Shown here in pieces: positions 25,570 through 40,870 of a DNA stretch of 64,000 nt. The notes beneath the pieces were generated by a model. The model worked only from the letters and a program-made list of their open reading frames with translations. It was not told the origin of the DNA and did not search any database. The position numbers and the translations under genes are program-made. The stretch lies in assembly GCA_028023455.1 (NCBI GenBank), contig JAQFVV010000005.1:806001-870000 (forward strand). Reading direction: 5' to 3'. Each line of letters begins with the position of its first letter. The first letter of the stretch is position 1. Source of the DNA: Epiperipatus broadwayi. Lineage: Eukaryota; Animalia; Onychophora.

Positions 25570-28500
25570 GTCTAGATAATACACTAGTTTTTTGATAAAA
25601 TAGTGGTCTAAACAAAATATTTAAACTCTCGGGAATTGTGATGTATAACTATCTATATATTAAAGTGATAGTAAACTTTTTAGTCAAAGAATATTTAAAT
25701 TGAGGTTTACTTACACTAACTTATATCTGAAGGTATTACGATTGGCAAAACCCTAATAAATACTGAATTTAAATAATTGTATATTGAATTTTTATCTTTG
25801 CTTGACTATACTTGAGAAGACTATTAAGCTTAATAAAGATTTATGTAGAGTAATTAAATAGCAATATCAACATTTTAAGATAAAAGTACTTGCCATTGAA
25901 GAGCTTTCTCCTAAATATTTTATCAAATTTACTTTTTGTTTAAAAAGATCTGTATTCTCAAGCATATATAAATATGGACATGGTAAAAGCGAATTTGCAA
26001 CGCCACTACTATTTATTACTTAAAAGATTTTAAAAATAAAATTTATATATATTGGATGCAATATTTTTCGGCGTTCCTAGAAGATGTATTTTGAATTACT
26101 TGAATTTACTTATGCTTTTGATATTGAAGCAAGGCAATCCTTTACTAAAATTCCACATATTCTCTGATAAAGATGTTTCCATTTGATAAGAAACAATATG
26201 TTCAAGTAGGTATTGTGACATGATGTTAATTATTAAGATATACATATGATAGCTTGAATATTTTTTAATCATCAAACACACACATGCACGTTTAAATATG
26301 CACATTTTAGAATATTAAAATATTTATATACATATATTTTGGAATAAATATTAAAATATTAGTATATAATTTAAAAATAAATATCTAGAATATATATATC
26401 TTATTAATTTTTTTAAGATAAGGAATCAAATATAAATTGAACAAGGAAAGTTGATTCATATAAGATGTATTTTGCTTAGATTGATATTTGCATTTTTTAT
26501 ATTCATTTACCCTGAGTTCAAATTCATACTTTTACAATCTGTTAATAAATAATTATGTTGTTTTTATGTCTATTTAATTTTCTTTGAATTATTTCGATAT
26601 TTGTGTTTTACAATAAATCTCAATTGTTAGTGATGATGAATAAAAAGGTAAGATAGCATTATTTTGTAATCACTAAATCTACCTCTGGCATCCATATTTA
26701 TTTTCATGAGTTGTATATGACATTACACCATATGGAGACATTTCTGGATAAAATATAAACATATTATATGTTACAAAGTTAAGCTACTCCAGAAAAATAT
26801 CCCTCCTATATAAAACAATCATTCTGAAATAATCTTTAATTTGACATTTTATTAAAACAGGTGACAGCTCATTTTATACTTTTACAGACTGGGTTTAAAC
26901 TAACTAATAGTTTATAATTTTTTATTAAGAATGTCTGGGATATGATAAAATTTCTTTTCATATTTCACTCAAGTGACAACATTCTTCTTAATACATCAAT
27001 TTATTATTCTATATATATTTCAAATTTTTTAAAAAAAAACCATTATCATCATTAGACAATCTGTTAAACTGTAGCAAATTTAACTAGCTGAAAGTGAAGT
27101 TAATAATTGTATCACTTGGAGTTATATTTAATAAGATTATAGCAACATATTATCAGTCCTGATATCAAATACACATTTTAAATTTTCATTAATCTGGCAA
27201 TCCCAATATAAGGCTTCATATTTTATTTCATTTTTATACCATTACAATATATATATATGTATAAATGAAAAGCATATTTAAATTCTCTCTAGTAGAAAAT
27301 TAAAACTTTTTAATATTATTTACTGCTATCTAATATAAAAGAAACAGATTGAAGGATCATAAAGACATGCTACAGGTTTAAATCCCATTCAACTTGTCAA
27401 AATAGTAGCCAGAATACTATATACAACCAGCTTCATATTGTACATTCTACTTTTAAAGTGTGAATATGTTAATATATGATTACATATTTAAATTGTGTTT
27501 AAATCTCTAGCATACTTGATAAGACTACTTTGTAGCTAAAATATATTCAATATAAAAGATTAAATAGTGATTAACTATATTAAAAAGTTTAAATATATCC
27601 TAGAGAACAATAAAATATACTTCTCATTTATTTTGAGTGCAATTGTATATATAAAATCAAATATAAATTTTATACTCTTCCAATACAGCAGCAGTATTTT
27701 TTAAATGGTGATGAGATTAAGACAAAATACACTTAATTTTTTTTGGAATGAACCAGTTCTGCACAAATTCTGACATTTAAGATTTTGAAAGTTATTCTTA
27801 CTTACAACAAGAGTCTGTAGATGATGACAGAAATGTATGTAGAAATTGATATATACTGCATAAATAATCAATCTACGCCATTAAAATAATAGTGTTTGTT
27901 CCTTTTTGAAAATCATTAATCTATTTTTAAAGCAACTTTAGAGCACTGCTCCACTCATAAATTCAGCTAATAAAGATGTACTAATTTTGGAAATTAGCTA
28001 ATGAAATTTTGGCTGTAAGTTTGTCTTCTTAGTAGCTAAATTTTAGCAGTAACTTATATGATTCTGTTTCCTTCTAAATTGTCTTTTAATGGAGGGGGGG
28101 GGGGCAGTATCAAAGCAACACAAATTGGCTCTACTATATTAAAAGTCTAGATAGAGATGAAAGTAATTAAGTAAAAATAAGTATATCTTAATAGTATTCA
28201 CCCAGTTTCAAAATCACCTTAAATTGAAAATCTGGATTGAAAATATAATAAATTCTACAGCCTCCAATACAATTAATAGTTGTAAAAAAAAGGTACAGAG
28301 AATACAATAGAGTATGTGAAGATTTCTTGACAATTCTTAAATGACACTATGATCAGATACATGTGGCCTACTTTAGCAAATATTCAGTAGTAATATCTCT
28401 CTTCTAGCTTAATAAATCATAATGAATAAAATCAGCGAACACTAAATGATAGTTAGCCAAACTCAAAGATATATTTAACTCGTTAAACCTATCTAAAATA

Positions 28501-28949
28501 TAAATTAGTATAAATCTAACATAGCTATATTGACTGCAAGCTATTGACTCAAAACAAAATGCTTGAATTTTTAGTCTATTGCTTTAAAAAGATAAGTTAT
28601 AGATAACTATCAGGTAGGAAATGGTATAAATCCGATATTAGAAGATCAATTAGCTAGAAATGTGCAAGTCAACTTGCACTACAATTTGCTAGATATAAGT
28701 TTTACATATTGCTTACTTGCTGCTTTTAGGATGAGAATATAGATATCATTAAAGTCAACTGGTATAAACTGATAAAAAGATCAGTAAACAATTATAGGGT
28801 TTAACATTCAGTAATTATGAGATAGTTGATCAAAAATTTTTATGCATGTTTTCATAATTAAATCAAAATATGTCGTGTTTTGAAAGGATTTCTGCATAAG
28901 TTGTTTTCAATGTCAATGTAACCATTCCCAGCGGCAGTAACATATCAAG

Positions 28950-29420
28950 TGAAAAGCCAATGTAAATGCAGTTGGAAATAGGATAATAAATATCTAATGA
29001 AGCTTATACCAATTTCTAATATTAAGCCAAGGGGAGAACTTATACAATTTTTTATATTAGAGTTTTGTGTTATAATATCTTGAATTAAGTATCCTCAAAG
29101 AAGGATTCAAAATGCTTCAAATTATTAATGAACTAAGCTTGTAATGTTTTACTGACATGAATCAAATTGTTGGTGAGCAAAATTCTCAATGCTATGAATT
29201 AATGGAACAATCCTCAAAAGAGAGATACATCAAAAAAGAAATAGTTTTCCAGCAAATGCAGATCCTTTAATATAATGTACCACTTTTCACACCTCACAGT
29301 TACCAATTTTAAAATTTGATTTAGAATATAAACTTTGTTGAACATACTGCCTTCAATTATTTTCATCAAAAACATTAAAATTCCTATATCCAATGTTTCA
29401 AACATATTTTATAGTCTTTT
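28950..29420 (-). mobile_element. Possible Penelope-like RT relic
   Basis: LENYFFF (ORF 29214-29405) followed by a frameshifted IA...CSPTI segment resembling the GxxMGSxxSP region; weak. Confidence 0.3.
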
Positions 29421-30011
29421 CAAGGATTTCAGCAATATGAAAGACTAGAACCAATTTGACGTTTTAGTAGGTGTAATATTCAAAATTTTTTAATATAAAT
29501 TTTAACTTTTTTGTATTTAAAATAACAAAAAATAAAACACATAATCTACAACTTATTTAAAATGTTTTGTTTAAATAAAAAAACAAAAACAAAAAGTTTA
29601 CCATGAAGCAAATTTTAAAATGAAAAAAAAAAGATATCTATATATAGATATTTTTTCATATTAACACAGATTTAATTAACAATTTATGATTTTAATTTTT
29701 AATGAAAACATTTCTTTAAAAATAGGGAGGGGGGGTTTTAATAATCAAAAGCACAGCAGAGAATTGTTAAATTAATTAAGTAGATACAAAGTTATCAAAT
29801 GCAGAAAAGCATTTTTTTCTTCCCCCTATTTTGCTACTTGGTGGTTAATTTATAAATTATCCTGCGCTGGAGATCATATTATTACAAGTTTTCTTTAACT
29901 TGATTATTATTTAGTTTCAGCTTTAAAAAAATAATTATATATAATTTAAATAACGGAAGATCACAGATTAAAGCAATTTAACCAGAGTTGCTAACAGCAA
30001 TCTGTTTTTGT

Positions 30012-30156
30012 TTATTCTTTGTCACGCCAGTCGATGAAGCAAATGGCACCCTTTTCTTGGACATCCTTCCGACCATTAGTAGTAATTACATCACCATTAC
30101 TTCTGATGACAATAAGCGTTGGGATACCTGAGACTGAATGTTTTTGTTTCAGCATA
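30012..30156 (-). CDS. NXNL2: Nucleoredoxin-like 2, terminal coding exon (NMLKQKHSVSGIPTLIVIRSNGDVITTNGRKDVQEKGAICFIDWRDKE*)
   Basis: Acceptor ttttctttttAG (30158-30157) is phase-compatible with exon 1 (AA+T=Asn). The exon is open to TAA at 30014-30012 and carries the cis-Pro GIP motif and the GRKxVxExGxxCFxDW tail of NXNL2-type proteins. It is missed by the ORF track. Confidence 0.9.
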
Positions 30157-31178
30157 CTAAAAAGAAAAAAAAAAAATATAAATATGAAAATACATTTTAA
30201 ATAATATATTTGTACGACTACAATTTTCCTTTTATTACTATAAATAATATAATTTTTTGCTATCTAAAAAAAATACTATCTTTATTATTTCAAATATCTG
30301 CTCAATTTATAATTGAATTCAAATTTTGACACAATATATATACAGTATAATAGTTCCCAATTTTCACTGTCTTTTCGTTCCAATTCTCTCTAATGATTCC
30401 TATAAACTGCAGATAGTAACAAATCCTATATAACAATGTATTTACTACATATAAACACACAATACTTTTTAATTTTAAAAATCTACATGTAGCCATCAAT
30501 AAAATAATTAATAAAATATAGAATAATGCCATTATGGCGGGGAGGAGGCAGTAAAGTAACAAGAGAGTGATAGCAAATACCAGAATACAAAAACAAGGAA
30601 AATCAAGATGATGCTCATATAGGTGAGATGATGTTTAAAATTTAAGAATTCAAATTTACATATTCCTAATTTTTTTAGTACTTTTTCAAACTATGGATGC
30701 AAGTGACTATTATATATATAAAGGATAAAAATATTAACCAATACTTCCAATAATCAATTAAACTTCATTATCCATATTACAAAAAGGTTAACACAATAAA
30801 ATAGTTGAATTTTAATGTGTGAAACTTATTAATTATAGAAAAAAAAATTAATATTCCGCTACTGTATTTGATTATTCATACATTAATGTAACTAATATGG
30901 AATAAATGGTTACATTTGTCAGTAATATTTGAAGAGATTACTCATTAATTATAAAAGTAATACTATGGACTAACAGGGAAACATGCAAAAAGCAATACCA
31001 TAAGGACCAAATCTTCAACAAAACTTTGTATTAATACTGTACTAAAAAAAGAGACAACAAATATACTAAATCAAACTGATAGCAGCTTACAGTGATAAAG
31101 AAGGAAAATAATTATGAATATCTTTTCTCACTTTATAATTTTTATTATCATCATTTTTTTTTAACATTAATAGTTCTA

Positions 31179-31290
31179 AACCACTAAACATCACATGATC
31201 ACCATCCATTGATTCATTGATTACTGGCATCCATTGATTACTCTGGTTAGCACAAGGTGGCACTACTATATGGAGAGTTTTTGCCTGTTT
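31179..31290. mobile_element. 112-bp dispersed element between 13-bp direct repeats; related copy at ~59395-59520
   Basis: attaatagttcta at 31166-31178 and 31291-31303; aaacatcacatgatcaccat is shared with 59401 and partly with ~16270. Confidence 0.6.
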
Positions 31291-32939
31291 ATTAATAGTT
31301 CTATTTATATATTCTAATGGTCATTATTATTAGTATAATTTATTTACACTCCAGTGACTATAATTATTTTTACTATTTAAATATAATCCAATGACCATTA
31401 TAACTAGTATTGTTTATATATATCTAGTAATCACTATTAGTATTGTTATGTATATTCTAATGACAACTATTAATAGTACTATTGTAGTTTATTGTAGTTA
31501 TTTTTAAATCATTAACTACTATTAGTATTATTTACATATATCCAACGATCACTATTATTAGTACTACTTATATATATATATATTCTACTGGCCACGCCTA
31601 CTAGTACTATTAATTTATATTCCATATTCAGTTCTTTAAATATTATTTCTTTTTTACAGCACTAAATTTGAAATCTCAGAGGTGGATTTAATTATGTTAC
31701 CATAGTAATAAAAAAAATACATTTTTATAAAAGAGAGCATTTAAGCATCTTCTATTAATTCACAGTTTACATTATATATAATAGACCCATTTTGTATTGT
31801 GACTTATAACATCACAAGGATTGCTTAAGTAGTTTCGAGGAACTTCATCAATTGTGCTGAACCCTAGACACCACTGATCACAATCAAAATAGGCTTAAGC
31901 TTTATTTATATTGAGCAGATTTTACTAGTTTAATTTTAAAATATGAAAGATATACCCGAAGCACCTATCTTGTGTAGTTTAGGAGAGTAGTAGAATGACA
32001 GATTCCAAGGCTAAACATTTCTGAATGAAAACTTCTGCCAGTCAAATATTACACAACTTCCCAGGAATTAAGTATTTGATTATTTTATTTATTGCCTTTG
32101 AACAAGAGTAAGAATAAATATTGAAAATATCCTAGTAATAATGATTAGAATAATTTATTTTTTATATACATTAAATTCTAATAATCAAACCAAATGTTAA
32201 TATTTTGATAATCAGTAATAGTTGGCCATTCCATGTCACTTCAGCAAAAATTTATTATGGATCTTTATGCAGAATGAATTCTAATATTTAAAGCTTTGTT
32301 ATAAAAACAAAATGTCATTTGTTGTTATAAATGACAGAAATAATTATATTCATACTAACAGGTGATTTTCAGGTATTCAGAATATATGTATTTTAATGTT
32401 GAAATCTTTATCAGCACATCCCTTGTATCATACTCCATTGTATCACAATTATCCATTAACAAATTAATTCAGAGGATCTTTTCACAGTATATATGCATTT
32501 GACACACAATCTGTTCTTGTCATATGAATTAGAGTCATTAAACACCTTAATTTTCATGACTGTGATGACAATTTGGTATTTTTCCATTATACCACTCTCT
32601 TGTAAGGCAAGGAGTAATTTCCATTCATATGGAAGGATGAATAAGCTGCGCTATAGATATTTTCAAAATATCAATATTGCATCTAATTTTCTACCTCATA
32701 AACCATATTACTTGACACATGCATGTTATGCCTTCCAGCCATTACACAACATTTAAATGGCCCACAACAGACCTTAGGTATCTATCTTCAACAGTTTCTA
32801 ATGTTGAAATATCAAGTTTGCCAACTGCCAATTGTTGAAGATTTTTTTTTTTTTCATCTTTATTTACTCTTAAGATTCAGTAGCCATAAACCTGCTTATG
32901 AATATTTAATGTAAGGCTACTACTTAAATAGAAAGTCTT

Positions 32940-33025
32940 AGGCCTGATATATGACCCAGATTTGAACCCAGGTTAAAGATATGGTAGCATATATTTGCTA
33001 CCATTACTCCATAAGGCCTCCCTGC
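32940..33025 (-). mobile_element. Old tRNA-derived SINE head
   Basis: A-box-like tggagtaatggtag and B-box-like gggttcaaatc on the minus strand; similar decayed heads at ~41230-41300, ~44455-44520 and ~61930-61990. Confidence 0.4.
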
Positions 33026-33909
33026 ATCTGTGTAATCTCATTAACATAATAATGACTGAACAATAATTTCAATACAAAAAAGTACAGATAAGCACATATT
33101 AGAAGGCTGAAGATAATTGGTAGATGAAGTCAATGACTCTATAAATAATTTGAAATATTTTAATAAAAAATAAAAACAGATATACAAATATCTGAAAACA
33201 ATGATAACTGGTAGATATGGGTGTAACATTTCAATATAAAATACAAACATATATAAAAAAATATTAATTTCTCAGTTGCAGTGCATAAATTTGTGTAGGA
33301 ATATTATAGCTATTTAAAATTGTAGACCTATCGTATTTTAACGCAGATATATATATCTCATGCATTTTACCCAATACTTTTTAATTAAATGAATCCATTA
33401 AAAGAAAAAAATTAAGACAAGGTGCTTTGCAAACATTCTCCATCTGTGAATGAAAGTAAATATTGCTGATTATAACTCAAAGTATGATATATAGCAGTAG
33501 ATATTGTAATCAGTAATAAAAATATTTAAATTCTAACAATCTCATATCTTTTGATAGTACAAAACAATTTAATTTGCAACTTTAACTTCTAATTTTAATG
33601 ATATCTGATAGTAATTATCAACAATAATTATTCTATAATTGGTAAATATAAAATATTTATGCCATGATTCAACTGTATGCTATAAAATTTATATGAAGAT
33701 AAATATATTTTTTCAAATAACAAATAGTAATATTAAATAACATGATTTATTATTTTTAAAGCACATATATATACAAGTAACAACTTGTTATTTGGAAAAT
33801 ACCTTAAATAATTAACAATAATTCACTCTAAAAATTCATTAAATTTTTATGCATATATATCATTTTGATAACTAATTTTTTTCCCACCATTATTCTGACT
33901 ATATAAACA

Positions 33910-34980
33910 TATAAATTCTGACAATTAAGTTTGTGACCTCATCCTTGAAAGAGTGCTACCTAACTCATTGGTGAATTTCATTATGGTCATTTTCAAATAA
34001 TTCCCCTTGGGAAGCTATGCACTGATGCTAATGACTAGCCCTTCAGGTAAAGAAAAAGTCATTGGGAGACAGATTAGGTGAGTAAGGAGAATACTCCAAT
34101 ACAGTAATTGGTTTATTGGCTAAAAACTCCCTTACAGACAGTGCCATGTGAGCTGCTGGTGCATTATCATGATGCATGAACCGTGAGTTGTTGGCAAAAA
34201 GATCAGATTATTTTCAACTAACTTTTTCACCAGTTTTCTCAGGAATAATAAACTGTTTATCCAGTTGATACAAATTCATAATGAACAATCCCTTCGATAT
34301 TAAAAATGTTAGCAATATCATTTGAACTGAAGGAACTATTTGGAGAATTGTTGATTACCATTGTATACTTTGATGCTTTGTTTCAAGGTTGTATTGGCTC
34401 ACCTATGTTTTATCATAAGTGATTATATGGTCAAAACATTAACTTGCTTCTACAAAAGCATGTGGACAAACCTCAACTATCCTTTGCTTTTGTTCAGCAA
34501 TGTGCTTCTTCGGAATCATTTTTGAACATTTTGCTCGTAGCAATATTTTCAATTAAAATTTTCCCATTTCTCTATTAATGTTTACTTGGTCGGCTATGCT
34601 TTTGAGTCCGTTGAAAATTTTGATGCGCAATTCAACAAACCCTCTGATCTCTCTTCATCAGCGATATTTTCTCTTTCCTTTTAAAAAAAAGCTTAATCCA
34701 TTTTCTTTATGGCATTTCCCTCTTACACTTGAACTAACATGTCCTTAACTTCACTTTTCTTTTTGCCAAGTTTAACACTAAATTTAATATTTGTTTATTG
34801 ATTTAACTCAAACTCCAACATTCTCATAACAGCACACAAAAACATGCAACAATAACAGATACTACTCAACAAGACCTTGCGACATGTTGACACAAACACA
34901 TACCAAGGTTATAAAGCCATATCAAATTGTTTGTACAATGCTGCAAGGCAAGTTCACGAATTTAATAGTCAGATTTCATA
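33910..34980 (-). mobile_element. Mariner transposon, decayed and probably internally deleted
   Basis: Minus strand HHDNAPA(A)HMALSVREFLANKPITVLEYSPYSPNLSPNDFFF (mariner HDNAxPH/YSPDLAP motifs); ~30-bp imperfect TIRs tataaattctgacaattaagtttgtga / tcacgaatttaatagtcagatttcata; TA ends. Confidence 0.9.
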
Positions 34981-37900
34981 TATGCTGAGATCAGATAATA
35001 ATGAATGATACAACAGCAACAACAAAAAAATTCCGGTAACAATTTACCACTCTTTTTATGGTCACCTAATATTTTCAATAATATTTTTTCATTTATTTTA
35101 TATCAATGCTTCTTATCCTTTACAAATATATTTATTATTATTACTTCTAAATAATCCCACCCCTATGGTCTAATACTTCTAAATCACCATTTCTAATTCC
35201 TGCAATCCATTAGCATTCTTCCTTATAACATTTCTATTTTTTCCTACTAATACACTTCTGCTTTCCTTGAACACCCTTTCTTACATATCTGACACTTCCT
35301 TTAAACTTGTGCTTTTTTATTACAGATTTACAATGTAAACAAATAATCAAAAATATATGTAAAAATCAAACCATGGGTTCAGGTTCAGTGCAGATAGTTT
35401 TATTCAACCCCACAAACGGTGTCATATTGCAATTAATTTTTTTATTTTTACAGTTAGCATACCGATATTCATTTGACCAACCAGTTCTGTTTTTTTAATT
35501 AATTTTCTCTGCTGGAATGTGATGGGTGAATTTTTAGCTTTCGAGTCCAATTTTCTGCCATTGAGTTAATTCACCCTTATGATATTTAATATTTAATAAA
35601 AACATCTAAATAACATTTACTGATTAGTAACTCAAAAAAATATTAAACCTATTCACAACTAAAAAAAAAATTCTCAAGATTTTATTCAGTCCAGACTCAG
35701 CCTTAAGTTATGAGCATAGAAGTCGGATATAGTAATCACTACAAACTCCTAGATAAGGGATTAATGACTTCTAAATTCTAGGATATTAAAATAGAAAAAA
35801 ATGATACAATTAGAATTGCACTTTTCTAATAGCATTCTTTTTTCAAATACTAAAGACATTAGTTCATTATCATATAACATTTTCTTGGAAAAAACAAGGC
35901 TGCGAATTTAAATGTCAATGCGATAGTATTTTCTCATATAACATCTAGTCTAGCTTATTTACTCTTAAATGAATATCTTTTTGAATTGAAATTCCCACTA
36001 ACAAAAAGGAAATAAAAATAGCCAATAGCCAAGGTATTTATACTACCATATATGAACATTTGAGTTATTTAAATTTTTTTCAAAAATTTTTGTTTACTTT
36101 CATTTAATATTTTAATAACATTTTAATGCTATCAGAAAAATAACCATTTAATGACCTGTAGAGACCTTCATCCTGCAGTGGATTGATAATGGTTGATGAT
36201 GATATTAGAAATAAACAGCTTTGTAATACAATGGCTAGCCCATCAGCCTATCTAGAATTGAAAACCAAGTGAGGGGTTTTTTTTTTTTTTAGATGGCTGA
36301 TGTTTTCCAAGCTTAGGATATTTTTTAGAGTTGGTCCATAGTGAAACGATCTTGTCACTCAATTATAGGTTGGTAAACGAGTTCTTAGTTATTCAAAGAA
36401 GGTCAATTGCAAGAATTCTCATTATTATTTTGTCTGATAAATGATGGAGATGATTCAGATATGGTATTAATTATTTAAAATTTAGTTTACATCATTATGT
36501 ATATATATACAATTATTTTCTGTTACAGGATAAAACAAGAAGAAATAAACATAAAACTCACCATCTGGGAATTGGAAAACCTGGTAAGTGATGCCATGTT
36601 TATTGTTTCTCTTTGGGAAGCAATGGCAAGTGTTTGCCCTGCAGAACAGAAAAGGCTTTTTTTAACCTATATATAGGATGATCATGGGAAGGGGGCTATT
36701 GCATTATGAAATGACATAATAACCGGTAATTGTGAATGAAATCCTCATGAGATAAAAATGTTTAATTTCATGGTATATTGACATAAATAGCCATAAATTA
36801 TTTTTAAAATTACATCCAGCAATGTGGTGTTTGCCATTATTCCAGTTGTTTATACATGTTTGTGTTAGGTATAAACCAAATGCCATACTATATGCACGGT
36901 TAGAAGAGTCCAGGAAATGTAATATATATGCGAATACATATATATTTATGCACTAAATAACTCATAACAAAACCTGTATATTAACTTCATTTAATTATTC
37001 TATTAAAAATTATTCATTACACATTTTTAAATCTTCCGTAAAAGAATTTCAAATAGTTTTTTTTTAAAAAAACTACAGCATGCTTAATGGATTTGGGTCA
37101 TGGCCAATTAAGAAAACTTTGATACTAATTTTAAAACAGTTCAAAACAATTATCATCATGTTGTCATAGAAATTATTAAAATTGATTGCATAAAAAATTA
37201 TAACAAAAAAATATCATTACGCCATTAAAAAGTTTTTCATTTTCAAATATTTATATTTTTTGCAACTTTTTAAATTACTAAAAGATATTTATAATCGCAC
37301 ATACTTTCTTTTTTCTACATATAAACACATCTGTTAAATTTTCTTCCTGAAAATAGATAGAGTAATTAGGCCTGAAAATAGTAAATGTCAGTAACATTTG
37401 CTGTTGTTTGCCCTCTTAACATCAACAATAATTAGCCCCAAATATTGCCAAAAGTTATGACATTTACTTCAAGTAAAACCAACTCATGTATTCTCTCTAA
37501 TCCTTACAAACCTTCTAGATATACTTTCTCTACAATTTGGGATTCAGAATTTGTTTTATCAAAGTTAAGCATCATACCAATCTGCACTAGACTGATTACA
37601 GTGACCTCACCAACTAAGGAGATTTAGAAAAAAAAAGTTTGGAATTAGATAGCAATGTAAAACAAACTACCATGACAACTTGAGATATGGTTGTTTAACA
37701 TATATATACATACAGTGGATGCAGAAAGGAGTTTGCTGTTAAATGAAAGAAGATTCTTTGAGGTCTTAAATGAACTGAGGAAATTCCTAATGTCCACCCC
37801 ATAAATTCTGCAGCTGATATTACTATGTGATTATTCATATAGTAATCAAACAGAGATGTGCTGCTCACCAACATGCATTAATTAACAAGGTAAATTTGAC

Positions 37901-38199
37901 TTTTTACCTCTAAATTTAAGATCAAAAAATATCATGGTCTTTCTTCTGAGTGCCAGATAGTTCTTGACTGAAATATCAGTTGAGTTTTCTTGAAGATAGA
38001 ATGTGTGTGTGTGAATGGACTTTTTTAAAAATAGATATTCATAATCGTGACAGAGAAAACTAAATTATGACCCTTATTCCCAAGACTCGATTCAGTAGCC
38101 AGCCAAAGCAGCAGTTAGTGGTGGAAGGTAGAGTGATAAGAAAACCCTGGTTACAGACCCAGACTGCCATCTAATGATGATATTTTATTTAGGTTACAT

Positions 38200-40870
38200 C
38201 TATAGATCACTTTCAAGTGAAGAACAAGTTGTGTGAATTGTAAGAACTGTCTAATATTAAGAGAATATTTTTGGGCATTGGAAAGTTAAAAGAAAAAGTG
38301 AGGAGACAATAGATTCAAAAGAATAGATATGTACTTTATTACAAAGGCATAAATATTGGAAGCATAAGCAGAATGGAATTCATTATGAATAAGTGAAAGG
38401 ACAGCATTTTGGAGATTGATAATATATCAGATAGAATAACAAGATTAGTTATTAAAATTAATGGAAGATTAAATGCACAGATAATTCAGATTTATGCTGC
38501 AACAAGTTCTCGTTGTGATGAATTATATGGATGCACAAAATGCTTTTGATTAAACTAAACATTTTAAAATTGTCATGGGAAACCTTAATGCTAGATTTGG
38601 TAAATGATCAAAAGATGAAAGTGCTATGGGGTAAATTTAGTTATAATGATAGAAATAAGAGAACACAGACTTGTGGAGTTCTCAGAAACAAAAACAACAC
38701 TTTATTATGAATTCTCTTTGATAAAAATACTAAATGGAAATAATCATGGAAACATCCAAATATAGTAATTGGATTATATTTTGACTAACAAAAATATGTA
38801 TTTCAATATTATGCTTTTTAAAATAATCTATGTATTTAAAGATTGTAATGTTTTCAGTAGATTCAACACAAGAAATGATCATCAATTAGTGAGATGTAAG
38901 ATATGTGTTAATGCAAAACTAGAGAGATGAAAACTATTATGAAAAACAATCCTAATCTTCACAAATACTCCAATGAATTTAAATTAGAATTTGAAAATTG
39001 TTTTAAAATATTAATAGACTTTGAAGATTGTTCACACATGAATGAAATCAGTAAGCTGATAACTGATATACTATTAAAAATTGGAAGAAAAACAGTTGAT
39101 ACAGGTAAAAGCAGCAATTTGTTGGTAAATTTTCTAATAAGATAATTCAAGGTATGAAGAAACAAGAAATATAAAAAAATTTAAAAAATGATCCATTAGG
39201 AAATGAATATTTAAACTTTTGTAAAATAGTATGAAAGGGGTTCATAATGATGGAAAAAAAAAAAATTTGAATTGGTAAGCAAAACTATAGAAGAGAATAA
39301 ATCTTAAAAACATTTTGGTATTGGGAGGAAAGGAAAAGAATGAATTATTTCTAGGAGAGATGACATCATGAAATATGTGGAAGAATTTCATAAATTAAAA
39401 AAAAAAGAAGAAAGAAAACAAAGTATCTGCTACAGTTATTACATCTGAATCGCAAGCATTTTAAATGAAGAAGTGAAACATGTAATTAAATTTATGAGGA
39501 GGCAAAAAGCTCTAAGAAATGAAATTATCATTGATAATTTTAAAAAAGCAGTTGAAGAAAATTGCCAGCAAAGTTACATAACAAATGTCTCTCTACGATA
39601 AAGATGAACCAGATAATGGAAAGAATGCAGTAGTAATATTTATATTTAAGAAAAATGATAAAGATATTAGAAATTACAGACCTATCAGTTTTCTATCAAT
39701 TCTATACATTTTTTTTAACTAAAATAATTAAAACTCGTTTATAGAGAATTTGGATTTTAACCAATCAAAAGAAGTTAGATTTAAGTGTTCCAGTACAGTG
39801 GATTACATACAAATATTGAGAGAAGTTATAAAAAAGATGTAATGAATATAAGTTGTCATTATGCTTTGGATTTGTAGATTATGAAAAGGCATTTGATTCT
39901 TAAAGCATTGGATCAGTGAAATATAGATCTGAGATATTGTCATAGTCTGAAGAATATTTATCAAAATGCAATAGCAATGATTAGATTAGATAGTGATAAT
40001 AGAAAGATTAACATTGAGAAGATTGTAGACAGGGTGACTCCATATCCTGAAAACTTTTTAAAGCAATTTTACAAGAACTATTTTGTGGGTTAAAATGGGA
40101 AAATATGGAAATAAAAGTAAATAGAGATTATTTAAGTCATGTAAATTTTGCAGAAGATGTGGTTGTTTTTTTCAAATAATTCTACAGAGCTTGAAGATAT
40201 GTTGTAATAGGAGTTATCAGATAAAGAAAAAAAGTAGTACTAAAAACAAATATTTAAAAGACTAAACTAATACAGTATCCAATGGATTTTCTCATAAGCA
40301 AAAAAATAAAGATTGTTAATTAGAAATTAGAAGAAGTTGATAACTACAAATATTTTTGTCAGTTTACTAATGCAGCTGTAAATATAATGGATAAAGTTGA
40401 CCATGGAATTAAACTTGGTTGGAGTGCTTTTTGGTAGAAATAACATTTATATTAAAAGGAAATATGTTTATGTATTTGAAAAGGTAAATGTTTAATAGAC
40501 ATGTTTTATCAGTTCTTACTTACGGATAAGAGACTTGAACATTTTACAGAAGAGTAATTCAAACATTTCAGAACACTCAACAAAGTATGGACAGATGTAT
40601 TAAGAGTAACAAGAAGAGATAAAAAAAGAACTAGATAGATGGAAAAACAAATAGATATCATTGAAAAAATTAAAAACTGAAATGGATTTGGCTTGGATAT
40701 ATTACTAAAAGACATAGTAGGCACTTGAAGTCTTACAAGAGATCATATACGAAATGGATAGATGAAATAAAAGTCTGATGGTATGTTGTGAAGAAGAGGG
40801 GCTAGAGATAGGAGAAACCTTATTTAATGTGGGAAAATCATCTTGTAGTGGATTGATAGTGATTGAAAAG
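38200..40870 (+). mobile_element. RTE-type LINE relic (APE endonuclease plus RT)
   Basis: MGNLNARFG (~38575), LDYILTNK, NDHQLVRC, RNYRPISFLS (39669), GFVDYEKAFDS (39868), RQGDSIS (40027) and FAEDV (~40147), in canonical order with many stops. Confidence 0.9.

Noticed and set aside
27782-27834. Plus-strand exon candidate DFESYSYLQQESVDDDRN
   Set aside because: It is phase-compatible with 36529 but has weak splice sites and no homology; not supportable alone.
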